In this document: piece after piece, positions 26,401-38,049 of the stretch | Position numbering within the stretch: the stretch's first letter is position 1 | Layout: each line of letters opens with the position of its first letter | From: Callorhinchus milii | Taxonomy: Eukaryota | Reading direction: 5' to 3' | DNA length: 64,000 nucleotides | NCBI RefSeq assembly: GCF_018977255.1 | Contig: NW_024704834.1 | Location: 62,001-126,000, forward strand | Made by a program: the position numbers and the translations under genes | The notes under the pieces: model-generated | The model's input: the letters and a program-made list of their open reading frames with translations, nothing else | The model's database searches: none | What the model was told of the DNA's origin: nothing

Positions 26401-27764
26401 AAATCTGCTTATGTACCGCTATCAAGTGCAAAGAGCAAATATAAAATTAAATGTCATGCACTGGAACGGGACACTTACTGATGTGTTTAACTCAATGGTT
26501 CTTCATTTATTTACGTAAATTAATTTACTTTTACTGATTGCTTATTTGCCGATGTATTGAAAAACTTCAGCTTTCATTTTATTATGATACAATCAATATT
26601 ATTTGGAAAAAAATTTAAATTAAAACTGCATGTTAAATCCCTGCATTATCAGTCTCGTGTTTCACTAAAGAAGTGTCTTTTCATTGCTCACAGCAGCGCT
26701 GATACTGAACAGGAGAAATTGTACCAGAAACAGCTTCACTGTAACAGGACCGAGTCCCTCAGCGTGAGGTCTTCACTGTCAATTGTAGTTATTGGACAAC
26801 AACAGTCAATCCTTTTCTTTTGAGTCAATAAAGAAAGTAAAATACTGAACTCAAGATAGGAATAGATTCAGCCTTCAGTCTCTGCGCTCGGGAACTCCAT
26901 CCCCCAGTACCCACGACCCGCTACCTCTTTCCCCCCAACTCTCTGCCTTTTTCCCCTCTGATGAAAAGCAACAGAACCCTATGCGGAAAAACAATATGTG
27001 AGTTGAAATCTTCCTTTACATGCCGGTAATATGCAAGTAACGTTCAATCAAAGAAGCTTAATAGAAATCTTTTTCATAATCCTTTCAAATATTTCACTTG
27101 AATTCAGGTGCCACTGTGGTCTCCACCAAAAGAAGGGAATTCAACTCAATATATGTTAGTTATTGCTGATAAACTGCTCATATTTGAACTGTAAAGTAAA
27201 ACACACCAGCAACCAAGCCAGAATAGTATTTAATGCATTATCTAAAACCATCAAAAATATTTTAAAATTCACATCACACATAATCTGCTTAGAATTACAA
27301 CACTGACCAAATATTCACATTGCTCCAGGACTCACAGGCAATCGCTTCCAATGCGTTGAATTCAATATTTAAAACAGTTTTCACTATGTCACAAATGGTT
27401 TATGTGTTTGCACAGCAATCCATTTTTCAGACATTTTTTTATTCGTGAATGATTGGGAAAATGATCATCCAAATATTTCCCATATTTTGATCAAAAATAA
27501 AACCTTTTTTTGCCCGTTTCCCTTTTTTCCACTTTAAAATTTACCAACAACATGAAACGCCATATAGCAAATTGCAATTCAGTAAATATAACTTGATTCT
27601 ATTACACGATCAGTGTGTAAAGTGGTCAACGCTAACAGAGATTAATCACCTTCCTTAATTTTTAATAATAACACATAGTATGATTATGTTGAAGATATAT
27701 CAGAAACCATCAACTTACATGTCAGAATATGGAGAAGAAGGTAGATGACCAATGACCGCAGCAT
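2250..27764 (-). CDS. Whole-gene span: WC1/SCART/CD163-like group B scavenger receptor cysteine-rich (SRCR) type I transmembrane receptor, 18 coding exons, ~1273 aa
   Basis: All exons listed below have GT-AG boundaries, join in phase 1 without stops and total 3822 nt: signal peptide, 10 SRCR domains, stalk, TM, Tyr-motif tail. Confidence 0.88.
2433..2655 (+). mobile_element. 5'-truncated tRNA-derived SINE
   Basis: SINE body and tail ending in (ATT)n. Confidence 0.85.
3560..3700 (-). CDS. Cytoplasmic exon with EDYDDAE motif
   Basis: [16 protein letters not shown]...EASLCQ; 141 nt. Confidence 0.8.
4366..4476 (-). CDS. Cytoplasmic exon
   Basis: [37 protein letters not shown]; donor gtgagt; alternative in-frame acceptor starting at 4470. 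Confidence 0.78.
5134..5229 (-). CDS. Cytoplasmic exon with VYEEI motif
   Basis: [32 protein letters not shown]; 96 nt phase 1-1. Confidence 0.85.
5847..5954 (-). CDS. Transmembrane exon
   Basis: [36 protein letters not shown]; donor gtgaga. Confidence 0.88.
6362..6400 (-). CDS. Pro-rich stalk mini-exon [13 protein letters not shown]
   Basis: ttacag| 39 nt |gtaaat, phase 1-1. Confidence 0.75.
6541..6852 (-). CDS. SRCR domain 10 exon (membrane-proximal)
   Basis: [17 protein letters not shown]...WGTVCDDSW...[10 protein letters not shown]; 312 nt. Confidence 0.94.
6998..7321 (+). mobile_element. Full-length tRNA-Ala-derived SINE with L2-type tail
   Basis: A box TAGCTCAGTGG, anticodon arm CTCGC-TTTGCAA-GCGAG, B box GTTCAATTCC, (ATT)n tail. 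Confidence 0.9.
7897..8226 (-). CDS. SRCR domain 9 exon
   Basis: [17 protein letters not shown]...[12 protein letters not shown]; 330 nt. Confidence 0.93.
8883..9197 (-). CDS. SRCR domain 8 exon (9 Cys)
   Basis: [30 protein letters not shown]...[10 protein letters not shown]; 315 nt. Confidence 0.93.
9804..10115 (-). CDS. SRCR domain 7 exon (7 Cys)
   Basis: [18 protein letters not shown]...DVGVQCS; 312 nt. Confidence 0.88.
10426..10740 (-). CDS. SRCR domain 6 exon (lacks C2/C7)
   Basis: [24 protein letters not shown]...DVGVLCS; 315 nt. Confidence 0.9.
11548..11862 (-). CDS. SRCR domain 5 exon
   Basis: [17 protein letters not shown]...[12 protein letters not shown]; 315 nt; 8 Cys. Confidence 0.9.
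12511..12762 (-). CDS. SRCR domain 4 exon, internally shortened (lacks C5/C6)
   Basis: [16 protein letters not shown]...[25 protein letters not shown]; 252 nt, open. Confidence 0.85.
14078..14386 (-). CDS. SRCR domain 3 exon (lacks C2/C7)
   Basis: [26 protein letters not shown]...DAGVICS; 309 nt. Confidence 0.92.
15140..16495 (-). mobile_element. 5'-truncated LINE2 (RT C-terminus + 3' tail), probable TSD CAATT
   Basis: [13 protein letters not shown] motif, frameshifts, (TTG)n tail; CAATT at 15135-15139 and 16496-16500; empty site in paralogous intron units. Confidence 0.9.
16758..17095 (+). mobile_element. Full-length tRNA-derived SINE
   Basis: Same consensus as 6998..7321. Confidence 0.9.
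17160..17577 (-). mobile_element. CR1 LINE 3' fragment
   Basis: [10 protein letters not shown]-type ORF2 C-terminus and CR1-like 3' UTR. Confidence 0.75.
17578..17802 (-). pseudogene. Dead SRCR exon copy, paralog of domains 1-3
   Basis: [12 protein letters not shown]...[10 protein letters not shown] then stop/frameshift; 3' part and donor replaced by CR1 sequence after VQCSGSE. Confidence 0.85.
18845..19156 (-). CDS. SRCR domain 2 exon (lacks C2/C7)
   Basis: [26 protein letters not shown]...DAGVICS; 312 nt. Confidence 0.92.
20465..20782 (-). CDS. SRCR domain 1 exon (lacks C2/C7)
   Basis: [26 protein letters not shown]...DVGVYCS; 318 nt, AG/GT. Confidence 0.92.
22159..22191 (-). CDS. SRCR receptor exon 2, 33-nt mini-exon (C)[10 protein letters not shown]
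   Basis: tttcag| ... CAG|gtgagt, open phase 1-1 exon supplying a probable signal cleavage site. Confidence 0.72.
22262..22556 (+). mobile_element. tRNA-derived SINE with partial head
   Basis: SINE consensus from anticodon arm to (TTA)n. Confidence 0.85.
25348..25673 (-). mobile_element. Full-length tRNA-derived SINE
   Basis: Reverse complement of SINE consensus. Confidence 0.9.
27719..27764 (-). CDS. SRCR receptor exon 1, signal peptide [15 protein letters not shown]
   Basis: ATG with -3 G, hydrophobic 15-mer, phase-1 donor T|GTAAGT; joins exon 2 as ...[14 protein letters not shown]. Confidence 0.7.
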
Positions 27765-30285
27765 CACAACTGGACAGTGTGATAGTGATGTGAGGGACAT
27801 CAAGCGAGTGCTGTCAACCACTACAGTCTTGACCCTCCAGCACCGGACAACAGCTCACCACAAACCAATGTCTCTGTCCATATAACCAATAGATTGTTGA
27901 TATGTATAAAATGAAGCATTCGCCTGACAAGATTCACCAATGAGCGGTGATATTACCGTATATGGATATAATTGCCCGTCTTTTCTCTTTGATCGTGCTT
28001 CCTGAGAGACCAATGGCGGAAATGTGGCTCATGAGTTGAGATGGGCCATCAAACATTTGTGCATTGTATGTGTCCATCAGGATTACAGATACTGGGGATG
28101 TGAGGGGGGTGTGGATCAATGTGTGCAGGACCCCAAATCTCTCTTGTGTTTGATGGGAGATGGACGCACAATTTGATCCACACACTTTGCAATCTATACA
28201 TTTCCATCATGTTACATTGCATTGCATGTAATAATACGCACCAATGTTATAGCGCCTGATCATTTAATTGAGACGTCTCAAAGCGCTTCACAGAATACAC
28301 GGCCAAGTGAATTGACTGAATATTTTGGGGCAAAAACGTAGCAGCAACGGCGGTAAAATGAGGAATATGAAAAGCTGTTTTATCTTGTACTGAACAGTGG
28401 AACCAGAGGACACGGCCTGCGATGAAGGAGGGTAAATGCTGAAGAAATCTTCTGCAACATTACTTCAGTGCAAGAGGAGTAAACTTGTGGAACAGTTTGC
28501 ATAGCGAGACCGTGAGGAAAAAAGTGCTTTATTTCAGGATCAGTTGAGATAGGTTTCTGCAAGAAAACAATATCTCGGGACACAGTATATGGTTTGGTAT
28601 TTGAAGCGTCTCTCCGGATGGTGGAAGGCGAACTTGAAGGACCATGGTCTTTTTCAGCCGAAGAAATTCTGATGTTCTGAAATCGTAATGCAGGTGTGTG
28701 TTGGTTTAAGAGAAACTTGCTCAAAGCCTTGTACAAAATGTGATCAGAAATACAGTTTAAATAAAATTAATTATGTTAGCACAATCATTCATTCTACTTG
28801 ATCATTTTTAAATAAAGTTTGAATGGTTATATATAATCTCTCCTTCCTCTTTCGGGTATTGAAAGGAAAGTGATCAATGTTGACCTTGTGAATGATCACA
28901 CTGTAGGCCATCACTATAGAAGGAGGGGGTGAGATGACTCTGGCTCCTGTTTAAAAATCGAGACAAGCTTAGGCATCAGCACATGAATAAAACTTTTAAT
29001 TTAAATAAAAGCTTTGGACCATAAGTTGACGTACACAGATATATTTCATACATAACTAAGGACAATGAGAAACATCTCCTAATGGTGGGCGCGGCGCCTG
29101 AGCAGCGACACAGTGAGAGTCTGTGAGTTTATTGTGGAATCTTCTCAGCCTCTGTGTCTGATCACCAGCGGCAGAGAGCGTGAGGCCCAGAGCTGCTCAA
29201 CCTCAACACACCCTCACCCAGACCTCTCCCCAGTGAAGGGACAGGTCAAGGTTTCAGTCATCCTGACTGCATTCTCAGTGTAAATGTCTGACACACACAG
29301 TGACTCTGCCACCTTCTCCCTGTGCCTTGTATAAAGCAGTCAAGATTATGAGTGCAGATCCCACAGAATATAGTCTCCCTATTTTACTGTCTAAGTGATA
29401 GTCTGTTACACGATATGAACAGACATAAAATGCAGCCAAGTCGAACTGTGTAAAAAGTACGTTGAAGTTATCCCAGAATATCAGAATACCTCCGAGACTA
29501 TTGATCGGTTTCCTATTGAATGTGAAACTCTTGCTCCAAATTTGGAGATGGGAGCGAGTCAACTACATCAGGCTCCACAGTTCAGTATCTGCCACTCAGA
29601 GCGGTTACAGCACAAACTTACAGAGGATGGAAACACTGCAGCGGATATTTACACTACACTAAAACTAGCAACACACCATGTACAACGACACCAGACTCCC
29701 GCACACATACACAAATGCATACACACACATACACACACACACACACAGATGACATAAACATATGCCGCAACGTGGAAAGCCAGATACACATCAGGTATAA
29801 AAATACAGACATAAACAAAGACAAACAGTGGCGCTCAGAATACAAACACATCTAGGCCATGAAAACAGATGCCGCACAGAATATAGTCACATCCTGCACA
29901 TCAACCGAGCAACTACAGGCGACCTGCAGCGATGTGAAGCCACATTGAACCAAAAGTTATATTCTCATCAACAACAAACAATTATTTTTTAAAATGTTTA
30001 TAAGCAAAACTCCCCCAGCATCTCCTGCAGCAATATAAGTGGTTTGACAGTATAAAACATAAGATTGTGGAATCATTTGTTGTGTGTTTACGGTTGCTGT
30101 TACCAGAGAGAGAGAGAGAGAGAGAGAGAAACAGAGAGAGCGCCAAGTGACCCAACACTCATATTATGTCTCAGAGCTGAGCCGCTCCTGAGCACAGAAG
30201 CTTCACAGGAAACGAGGGCTGCTGCTGGCACTCAGGCCTCCTGAGACATTGGGCAGGAGAGACTGGGTGCCAGAGATGCTCAGGG

Positions 30286-30519
30286 CTACAGAGGCTCAGG
30301 GCAAGAGAGGCTCAGAGCTGGAGAGGCTCAGGGCTGGAGAGGCTCAGAAATGGGGAGGCTCTGGGCTGGAGAGTCTCAGGGCTGGTGAGGCTCAGGGCTG
30401 GAGAGGCTCACGGCTGGAGAGGCTCAGAGCTGGAGAGGCTCAGGGCTGGAGAGGCTCAGGGCTGGAGAGGCTCAGGGCTGGAGAGGCTCAGGGCTGGATA
30501 GTCTTGGGGCTGGAGAGGC
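30286..30519. repeat. 16-bp minisatellite (AGAGGCTCAGGGCTGG)n
   Basis: Direct periodicity. Confidence 0.88.
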
Positions 30520-30871
30520 TTGTCTTTTTCTTTCTCTCTTTCAGTCGCCGTTGTTTAGAGCTCCTCGTGTCTCTGCTTTTCTATTTCTGGTTTATTAACC
30601 ATTGGTTCATCAGATTTTGGCCGATTTCCCCCTGTCCTCTAAGTGTAGTGACTGGGACGCGCTCTCAGTGTCTCGCCGCTTGGCTCCGTTGAAAGAAGCC
30701 GTTGGTTATCATTGGTTGAAACACAAAATCTCCCAATTTAGAAGCTGCTCAATTTTACCGTTATAATCTCTGGACTCAAAAGATTACTGTAACTCTGTCT
30801 TTGTAACCTCCAACGCCTCTTGTCTCAACCGTTATTGAGTCTGCCCTGAATGTCCATCAGCTCCACAGTCT

Positions 30872-31100
30872 CTGAGCTCCAAAGTCTGTACCCTGCCCTG
30901 GGTACCGGTGACCTCCTGAGGCACTGAGCTCCAATGTCTGTGCCCTGCATTGGGTACCCGTGTCCTCCTGGTGTTCTGAGATGCAATGTCTCTGCCCTGC
31001 CTTGGGTGCCGTTGGCCTCCTGAGGCTCTGAGCTCCAATATCTGTGCCCTGCCCTGGGTACCCGTGTCCTCCTGAGGCTCTGAGCTCCAATGTCTGTGCT
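30872..31100. repeat. 52-bp minisatellite, ~4.4 copies
   Basis: Unit CTGAGCTCCAATATCTGTGCCCTGCCCTGGGTACCCGTGTCCTCCTGAGGCT. Confidence 0.85.
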
Positions 31101-34100
31101 GCTGTGCGGTTGTCTAGTTCAGGGTGAATATAGTTTATTCTTTTAAATATTATTTCATTTCCCACTCTCTGAAATAAACTCAGTTTAATCTTGTCTCTCC
31201 TTTGTGAATTAGAAATAATCCAAAGTGGTACAGGGAAAGGCAGGCGAATTACACTAAGCACGTTTTATTTCTAAAGACACATCCAACAAATGTCTTTCTT
31301 CCGTGCTATAATTTCTAAGATACTGTGATGCATCTTTGAGGACTGAAGATTTACATTTGCTACTGATCCCGATAACATCTCAGCAACCGGTATTTTTCTT
31401 TCGTTAAGTCCACTGTGTTTGAATATGTGTATGTGTGTTTGTGTGTGTGTGAGAGGGAGAGAGAGAGATAGAAAGAGTTGCGGAGCTGTATGGGGGTGAG
31501 TGTGGTAGGTTGAAATTAACGAGGAGGACTGGCAGCGGAATCTGCAGAGGCAGATCATACAGAGAGATAAAAATTATTTTAGTCGACACGAGCTGCACCA
31601 CAGACTTCCTGGTGCTTTGCAGCGGGATCGGGATGTGAAGTCGAAGTAAATAACGGCCAATTTAACACATCCGATCAAGTTATGTAAATATTATTAATAT
31701 TAGAATTGTGAACAATGACACCAGTAATTGCAACAGCAAACAATAAACTATGTGACAACAAACCGATCATCCTGAGCGTTGCTGTGCTGTAATTACAGGT
31801 CTCTCAAACGCTGTAGGAACAAGTCACTATGGGATTTAATCCTCAGAGGCCAATGTGCTGACATCTGAGTTGTCTTCATACCCGACATCTCTGCCCACCA
31901 GAACTACCTCATGTCAATAAGTGTAATATCATTTGGTCACACACATTATGAATGACTTTCTTCTGAGCTATACATTGCTAAGGCTCTGTGATGCCACTGT
32001 GGTTTTAAATAGTTACACTTGAAACTGCTGTCAGATAACATCTGAGCTGCTGCTTCTTTCCTGCCATAACACGTGTGTTTGTGTGTATGTGTGTACAGCG
32101 AAAGGCAAAGCCAAGATTATATTAACATTAAAATTGAGTTTCTGGTGCTTTGCTGACGGACCTGGAAGTGGAAATTGAAGCAATTCCCGGCCTAATTAAC
32201 ACATTTGTACTGGAAGCCGATATCATTGTTTCCTGCTTCAAATCAGCTGTGTTTTTGTGTGTGAAAGAGAGAGAAAAAGAGACGGGGGATAGCGGGTTGG
32301 AGCAGTGGGGGTCGGAGGGGAGGTTGGGGGATGAAGACTACTGGCAGTGGAAGCTGCTGAGGCAGATCATAAAGAGAGATAAATAACATTTTATTCGACA
32401 CGGACTACACCACAGACTGTCAGGTGCTTTGCAGTAGGACATGGCTGTGCATTTGAAGTAAGTAACGGCCAAATAACACATTAGGTCGACTTATCTAAAC
32501 CCACTATTATTGCAGTTAGAATTACGTCAAATGAGGCCCAAAATGTAACAGCAAAGAACAAATATGTAACAGCAAACAGTATATACACGAGCATTTCTAT
32601 GCTATAATTACAGGCCTCTCAAACCCTGTGGATCACAGCTCTGTGGGATTTAAACCTCAGAAGCCAATGTGCTCACGTGTGTGTCGGGTTTACATCCCAC
32701 ATGTCTACCCACCAGAGCTAACTCATCTGAGTAAGTGCAACAAATACTTGATGACACATATTAGGCCTCTTCTGCCGATCAGTGGCGCATTAACACATTA
32801 GTACGAATGGTTATAATATTTACTCAAATTGGTTTAACATTGCTCTCACATGGCCCTCGATACTTGTTACAAGTAAACATGACTTATTTTGTAACATTCA
32901 CTCATTAGCCTGGGATGTATTAACATTTTCCACGACCTACACGAACAATAATAACGAAGCAGTGATGCTGATTAAGATATCATTCTATACGTTAACCTGA
33001 GCATTGCAAATGGATTGATAATATTTGCCAAAACACCTTTCGCCTTCATTTGTCTGTGTGGGCAATACGTTGAATTCATTATTCAAGTGAAGATCAATGG
33101 TTTCTGAATATCAAGCATGGTCTCTGTATAGCAGGCCTGGTTCAGCTATAATAATAATATTGCTTGGATTTGATATGCTGCATTATCACATCTTCGGGAC
33201 ATCACAAGTTGCTGCACAGAGTATAATATACAAACAGTAGAATATACTGTAAGTATTTGGATAACTTTAAACAAAGCAACATATTTGTACTTTGGGCTTT
33301 ACCAATCTGGAATTTTGGTTTGTTTTGATGAATAAAGGCTTAACGTGAGAGTTCCTCAGCCCTGCTGTTTGTCTGCTATTGAGAACATTACAATCAGATA
33401 AGGAAGCCAGTCTCCAGGCTGCAATACCTCGGGTGACCCGGGAGGAGCAGATTTTTATGCATTGGAAGTTGTACGATCAACTGTTAATCTGCAAGCACAT
33501 AATGATAAAACAAATATTAATGATAAATAATGTGATGAAGCATGCACATAATGTTTTACGCAAATTATTTTAACTGATGTGAAATCTGAAATAATTTTCA
33601 TTTCCAGGTAAATTAATGCAGATTATTAAATTAGAAAATTTGAGAAATGCCACTCAGTTTGTAGATTTCAGAGTAAGATAAGAAAACAAAATATTTTTAC
33701 ATTGGTCACAAAGGTGTAGGAATGCTGTGGTCAGCAATTTACTAACTCCAAACAATTCAAGTCAAAATACTCAATTTCTCAAAAAAAAGATTGTCGTAGA
33801 TATCACACAGGAGTTATGACGTTGCATGCCCAACATGAAAACATGGCTCAGACTAATGGATATTTCCTGATCAGATGGTAGTCCTTAAACAGAAATATAA
33901 AAGGTTGTGGTGGAAATAGCTGCAGAATGGGATGAAACCGATTGCAACCATTATTGAAGAAATCCTTTTATACAAGCACGATTGTCCATGATTTAAGTGG
34001 GCTGATCATAGCCACCGGGTGATCAAAGCCACCATCACATCCCCTAGTGATCAGAGTCACCAGGTACCGGCTGATCATAGCCTAGTCCTTAACTTCAATG

Positions 34101-37100
34101 CCCTCTGAGCTTTTTGCCCCAACCGACCGGTGCAAACTCCTTACAACCTACGAAATGATATGATTCCTCCCTTTGCCTGTTTAACGTCTACTGCCCTGCT
34201 CTGCCCATTCCAGCATTGGGGTTTCAGGCCATCTGCCCCAACTCTCTCTGGTATCATATCCCAGTGACCATTTGCCTCTCCACTCAACAAGTGATCTTTA
34301 TAACATGATTTACACTTAGCGACAAATATAGTTTGCCTTCATTTGTCCATAATGGCAATAGATTCCAGTCATACTTCAAGGAAAGATCATTATATGTTGA
34401 CACTTTTAGCCTGGTTGAGTTTGTAGCTCTCTCTCTCGCCTCTGATTCCGAATACTGTGGGTTGAAGCCCAAACACAATGTGGAATTGGGTTTTTGCCAG
34501 AATGTCTGAATGGCATATAATGGTGTATATATCGGACTGCAAACTGATATTGCCTCGACTGACACCCAGCTGCAGTGATGAGGAAGTGCTGCCTTGTTAG
34601 CAGTTCTGAGTTCTGAACATATGTTTAACAGAGATGCCCTCTGTGCCTGTGCTGCTGGATAATAATAATATGTTAATAATCCTTGCATTTGACATAGCGC
34701 TTTTCACGTCTTCTTGACGTCTCAAAGCGCTTCACAGATTATACTGCAAAGTGAATTGACTTTATGTCTGTGGGGAAACGTGCATCAGTATACCGTGATA
34801 CGATTCCAAAGTTAAGCGAGTTTACGCTTCGAGTTTCCCTTCACTCACCAAATTCGTCATTCCCTCTCCTGCTGTGTGGCGGATATTGCTGCACAAACTA
34901 TGTGCCACGGTGGGTCACAAAACGCAAACTGTTGAGCTTATCCTGAGCAGCCCTCTGAGAAATGGCTATGTGCTGATATTGTGACCATCTTAAATCATGA
35001 AAAAAGTCTATTCATTTCGGAAAACTACAAACAACGTGAAACCATTTGCATATCAGAGGATTTCTGTAAATGGACAGAATGTGGTCGATTCTTTTCAACC
35101 ACATTTTGGTGAGCACCTGGTCTGTTATCTAATTTTTCGATCATATGAACAGATTTATGTGTTTTCTTATAAATTATGCGAGAGTCATACTAATTTGGTG
35201 AAAGTTGGCTCCAGGCCGAATCTAAGCAGAAGTTCCCACTCTAAGTATTCCCTTTTTTATTATGTTTACCTCACAAAATATTCCAAACCACAACTGTAGA
35301 AAATGCAGATGCAAATACAAAGATGAAAAAGCATTTCAAGAGAAAATATTTACAATATGATATGGATTGCGTCATCTATATGTAGAGCGTATGCATTAAA
35401 TAGGGCCTATATTCTGCTGAGAAATATTGACAACCTTGTTGGATTACATTGATGAAATGAACAAAATAATTTATAAAACAATAGTTGGGAGCGTGGCACA
35501 TAGAGACTGTTATTAACTATGTCGTGATGCAAATAATACAGAGAGGTGTGGCAAGGATTGTGGCTCACAGTGTTGACCTCCAAACTGTGTCACAGTTATA
35601 GAAATATAATTGGCCGGCAGAAAGTAGAGAAACGTTTGGGAATTAACTCTTTACTCCGCAAAGAGACAGCATAGGGCCTTAGAAGTTTATAGTACAGAAG
35701 AAATGCATTAATTCGCCGTGTACTTGAAAGCAAAACAGATTTAGTCTAATTTGTAATGTGAGCAATGTGGAGGGATATGGAGAGGGAGAGAGTTTCAGAA
35801 GTCAGGTCGAGAAGGTGATGGAGAAGATGATGGATTAAATTTCAAATGGTGGGGATCAAGGATTGTTTGTGATGTTTAATCCAGGCCCATTTGTCTGTTC
35901 AGTTGAAGTTTGGAGATTCCAGGGCGATATTGGAAATCAGCACTGAGGTACTCACGGTGTTCGGGCCAACAATCCTTCTGATTATATGCATGATTTGTTT
36001 TGGATCATTGCTGGACCAAAACCGACCTCTGTGTGCGTGACAACATGAGCTGAGTTTTGGAATCCTTGTTCCCAGTGACAGGTGTTGCCCTCAAATGCTG
36101 CTGCCAGGCTATGTTGACTGGTCTGACATGCCTTATGCTCTCAGGAAGGCAAGCAGGACATCACACAAGGGAGTGCACCTAAAAAGACAACAAGGTGTTC
36201 AATATTTCCCCATTCATATCTCGAAGTCTTCACAAGCCGATGCATAATATTCGCTGTAAACTGTGGTGTCTCATTCTCTTGAAGACAAACTGATATTCGA
36301 TGGCAGGCAGAAGTATATGTCAGTGCTGCTGTTGTCCGTCGAAGGCTCATAAGCACAATGATGGGTTTCTGATAGTGATGAGTGAAATTATATTTGGTAT
36401 GAAGTTTGTTTAACGTAATTTTACTTTTGATATAAGAACTACCTGTGCAGTGTGTCTGTATAAAAGTCTGTCACTGAATATTAAAAACAGCGTAGGGGCA
36501 GCTTGTGAATATGGTTTGATTGTACCCTTTATTAACTACATGCATTTATAAAGCTTCTGTCCCTGCATGAGCTCCTCCAATCAAACTTTTACTCAATGCA
36601 CAGTATCTACTGCACTGCTCCAAGTTACTGGTGACATTTTTCTGAGACAAGGACTCTTCTACCTCCACTCAAAATGGCTTTGCTGTTTTCCTCAACTATA
36701 CACACCATCTTTCTCTAATCTCTCTGCTCCACCTTCATAATTCGGAACCATCCTATAACTATAACGAGAAACTTCACGCTTAACTATTCTAGCGTTACTT
36801 TTCGGTCGTTTCAAATTGCTCCTTCTACAGTCCACAAACATACACAAGCGATGCTGATCAGAAATTCATCCTGAGGCCTATCCTTTCCACTATCTAAAAA
36901 TTCCCACTGAGCAACATAAATCACAATCACAGGTTCATCTCCACAAGTTCATGACACACAACTGCCTTTGTCAACTCCAAATTTGAACCCATCTCCTGCT
37001 GTTATGACCGATAGATTGTCAGCCATAAAGTGGTGCAAGATCTGGCAGTTTCTTCACATCAATGTTCATCATACAGTTAATTCTGTTGTACAGATGGTTT

Positions 37101-37114
37101 TACTTGTGGCTATA

Positions 37115-37570
37115 ATAGGCCTGGACTCTGTATAACAGGAATGGTTTCTGGACAACAGGCCTGTTTTCTGCATAATAGACCTGGTTTCTGCATAACAGAC
37201 TGGTATCTGTATAACTGTTCTGGTCTCTGTATGATAGTCCTATTTTCTGTATAACAGGCCTCCTTTCTGTATGACAGACCTGATCTTTTCATTATAGGCC
37301 CGGTCTCTGTAAAATAGGCCAGAACTATGTATAAAAAGCCTTGGCTCTCTAACAGGAGCCTGTTTTTTACAGCAGGCAACGTTACTCTATTGGGTTCCAC
37401 GTCCCTCTATAATAGGCATGGTTTATATATGACAGGTTTGTTCTCTGTATGACATATCTGGTCTCTGTGAAATAAACCTGTTGTCCATACAGTGAGCCTA
37501 GTCTCTGGATGGCAGTCCTGGTCTCTGAATAACAAGCATGGTCTATGTGTAACAGGCCTGTTCAAGCTCT
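37115..37570. repeat. Degenerate 20-bp minisatellite (GGCCTGGTCTCTGTATAACA)n
   Basis: Direct periodicity. Confidence 0.8.
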
Positions 37571-38049
37571 AATAATAATATTCCTTGCATTTGATATAGT
37601 GCATTATCAGGCCTTGGAGGCATCACCAAGTGCGTCACAAAATATATTGTAAAATTGTGTAAGAATATACCGTAGCTATTTGGAAAATTGTCGTAAATGC
37701 AACCATAACAATCAAAAAAAAAACATTTATAGAACGCCTTTCCGTCGGGAAGACGTCGAATAACGCTGCACCGTTAGGTCGCGTCATAACATAACACAAT
37801 ACAAGTATCTGAGTGACTGGTTTGTAAATGCATTTTCTGTTGTTGTTTTTTCCGTGTCAGAGATATTATCAGAATGATTAACATGTTTGTTCAGTGATGC
37901 TGAATAAAACCACTGGGGATAAGAGTCAAATCTTCCCTGGAGATTTGTCACTGTTCCCATAAAGAGTTTCCAGAAAGCTGTCGTCTCAATCTGCTGCTTG
38001 AATCCAGTGCCTGACGAGGTGACCCACAACAGTGTGTCAAAAATAAAGT

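Noticed and set aside
27934-28736. Minus-strand ORFs of 83 and 118 aa upstream of the receptor
   Set aside because: No recognisable domain; at most 5' UTR exons, unsupported without transcripts
29109-29140. CACAGTG heptamer (another near 29296) as V(D)J RSS
   Set aside because: No ACAAAAACC-like nonamer at 12 or 23 nt spacing in the correct orientation
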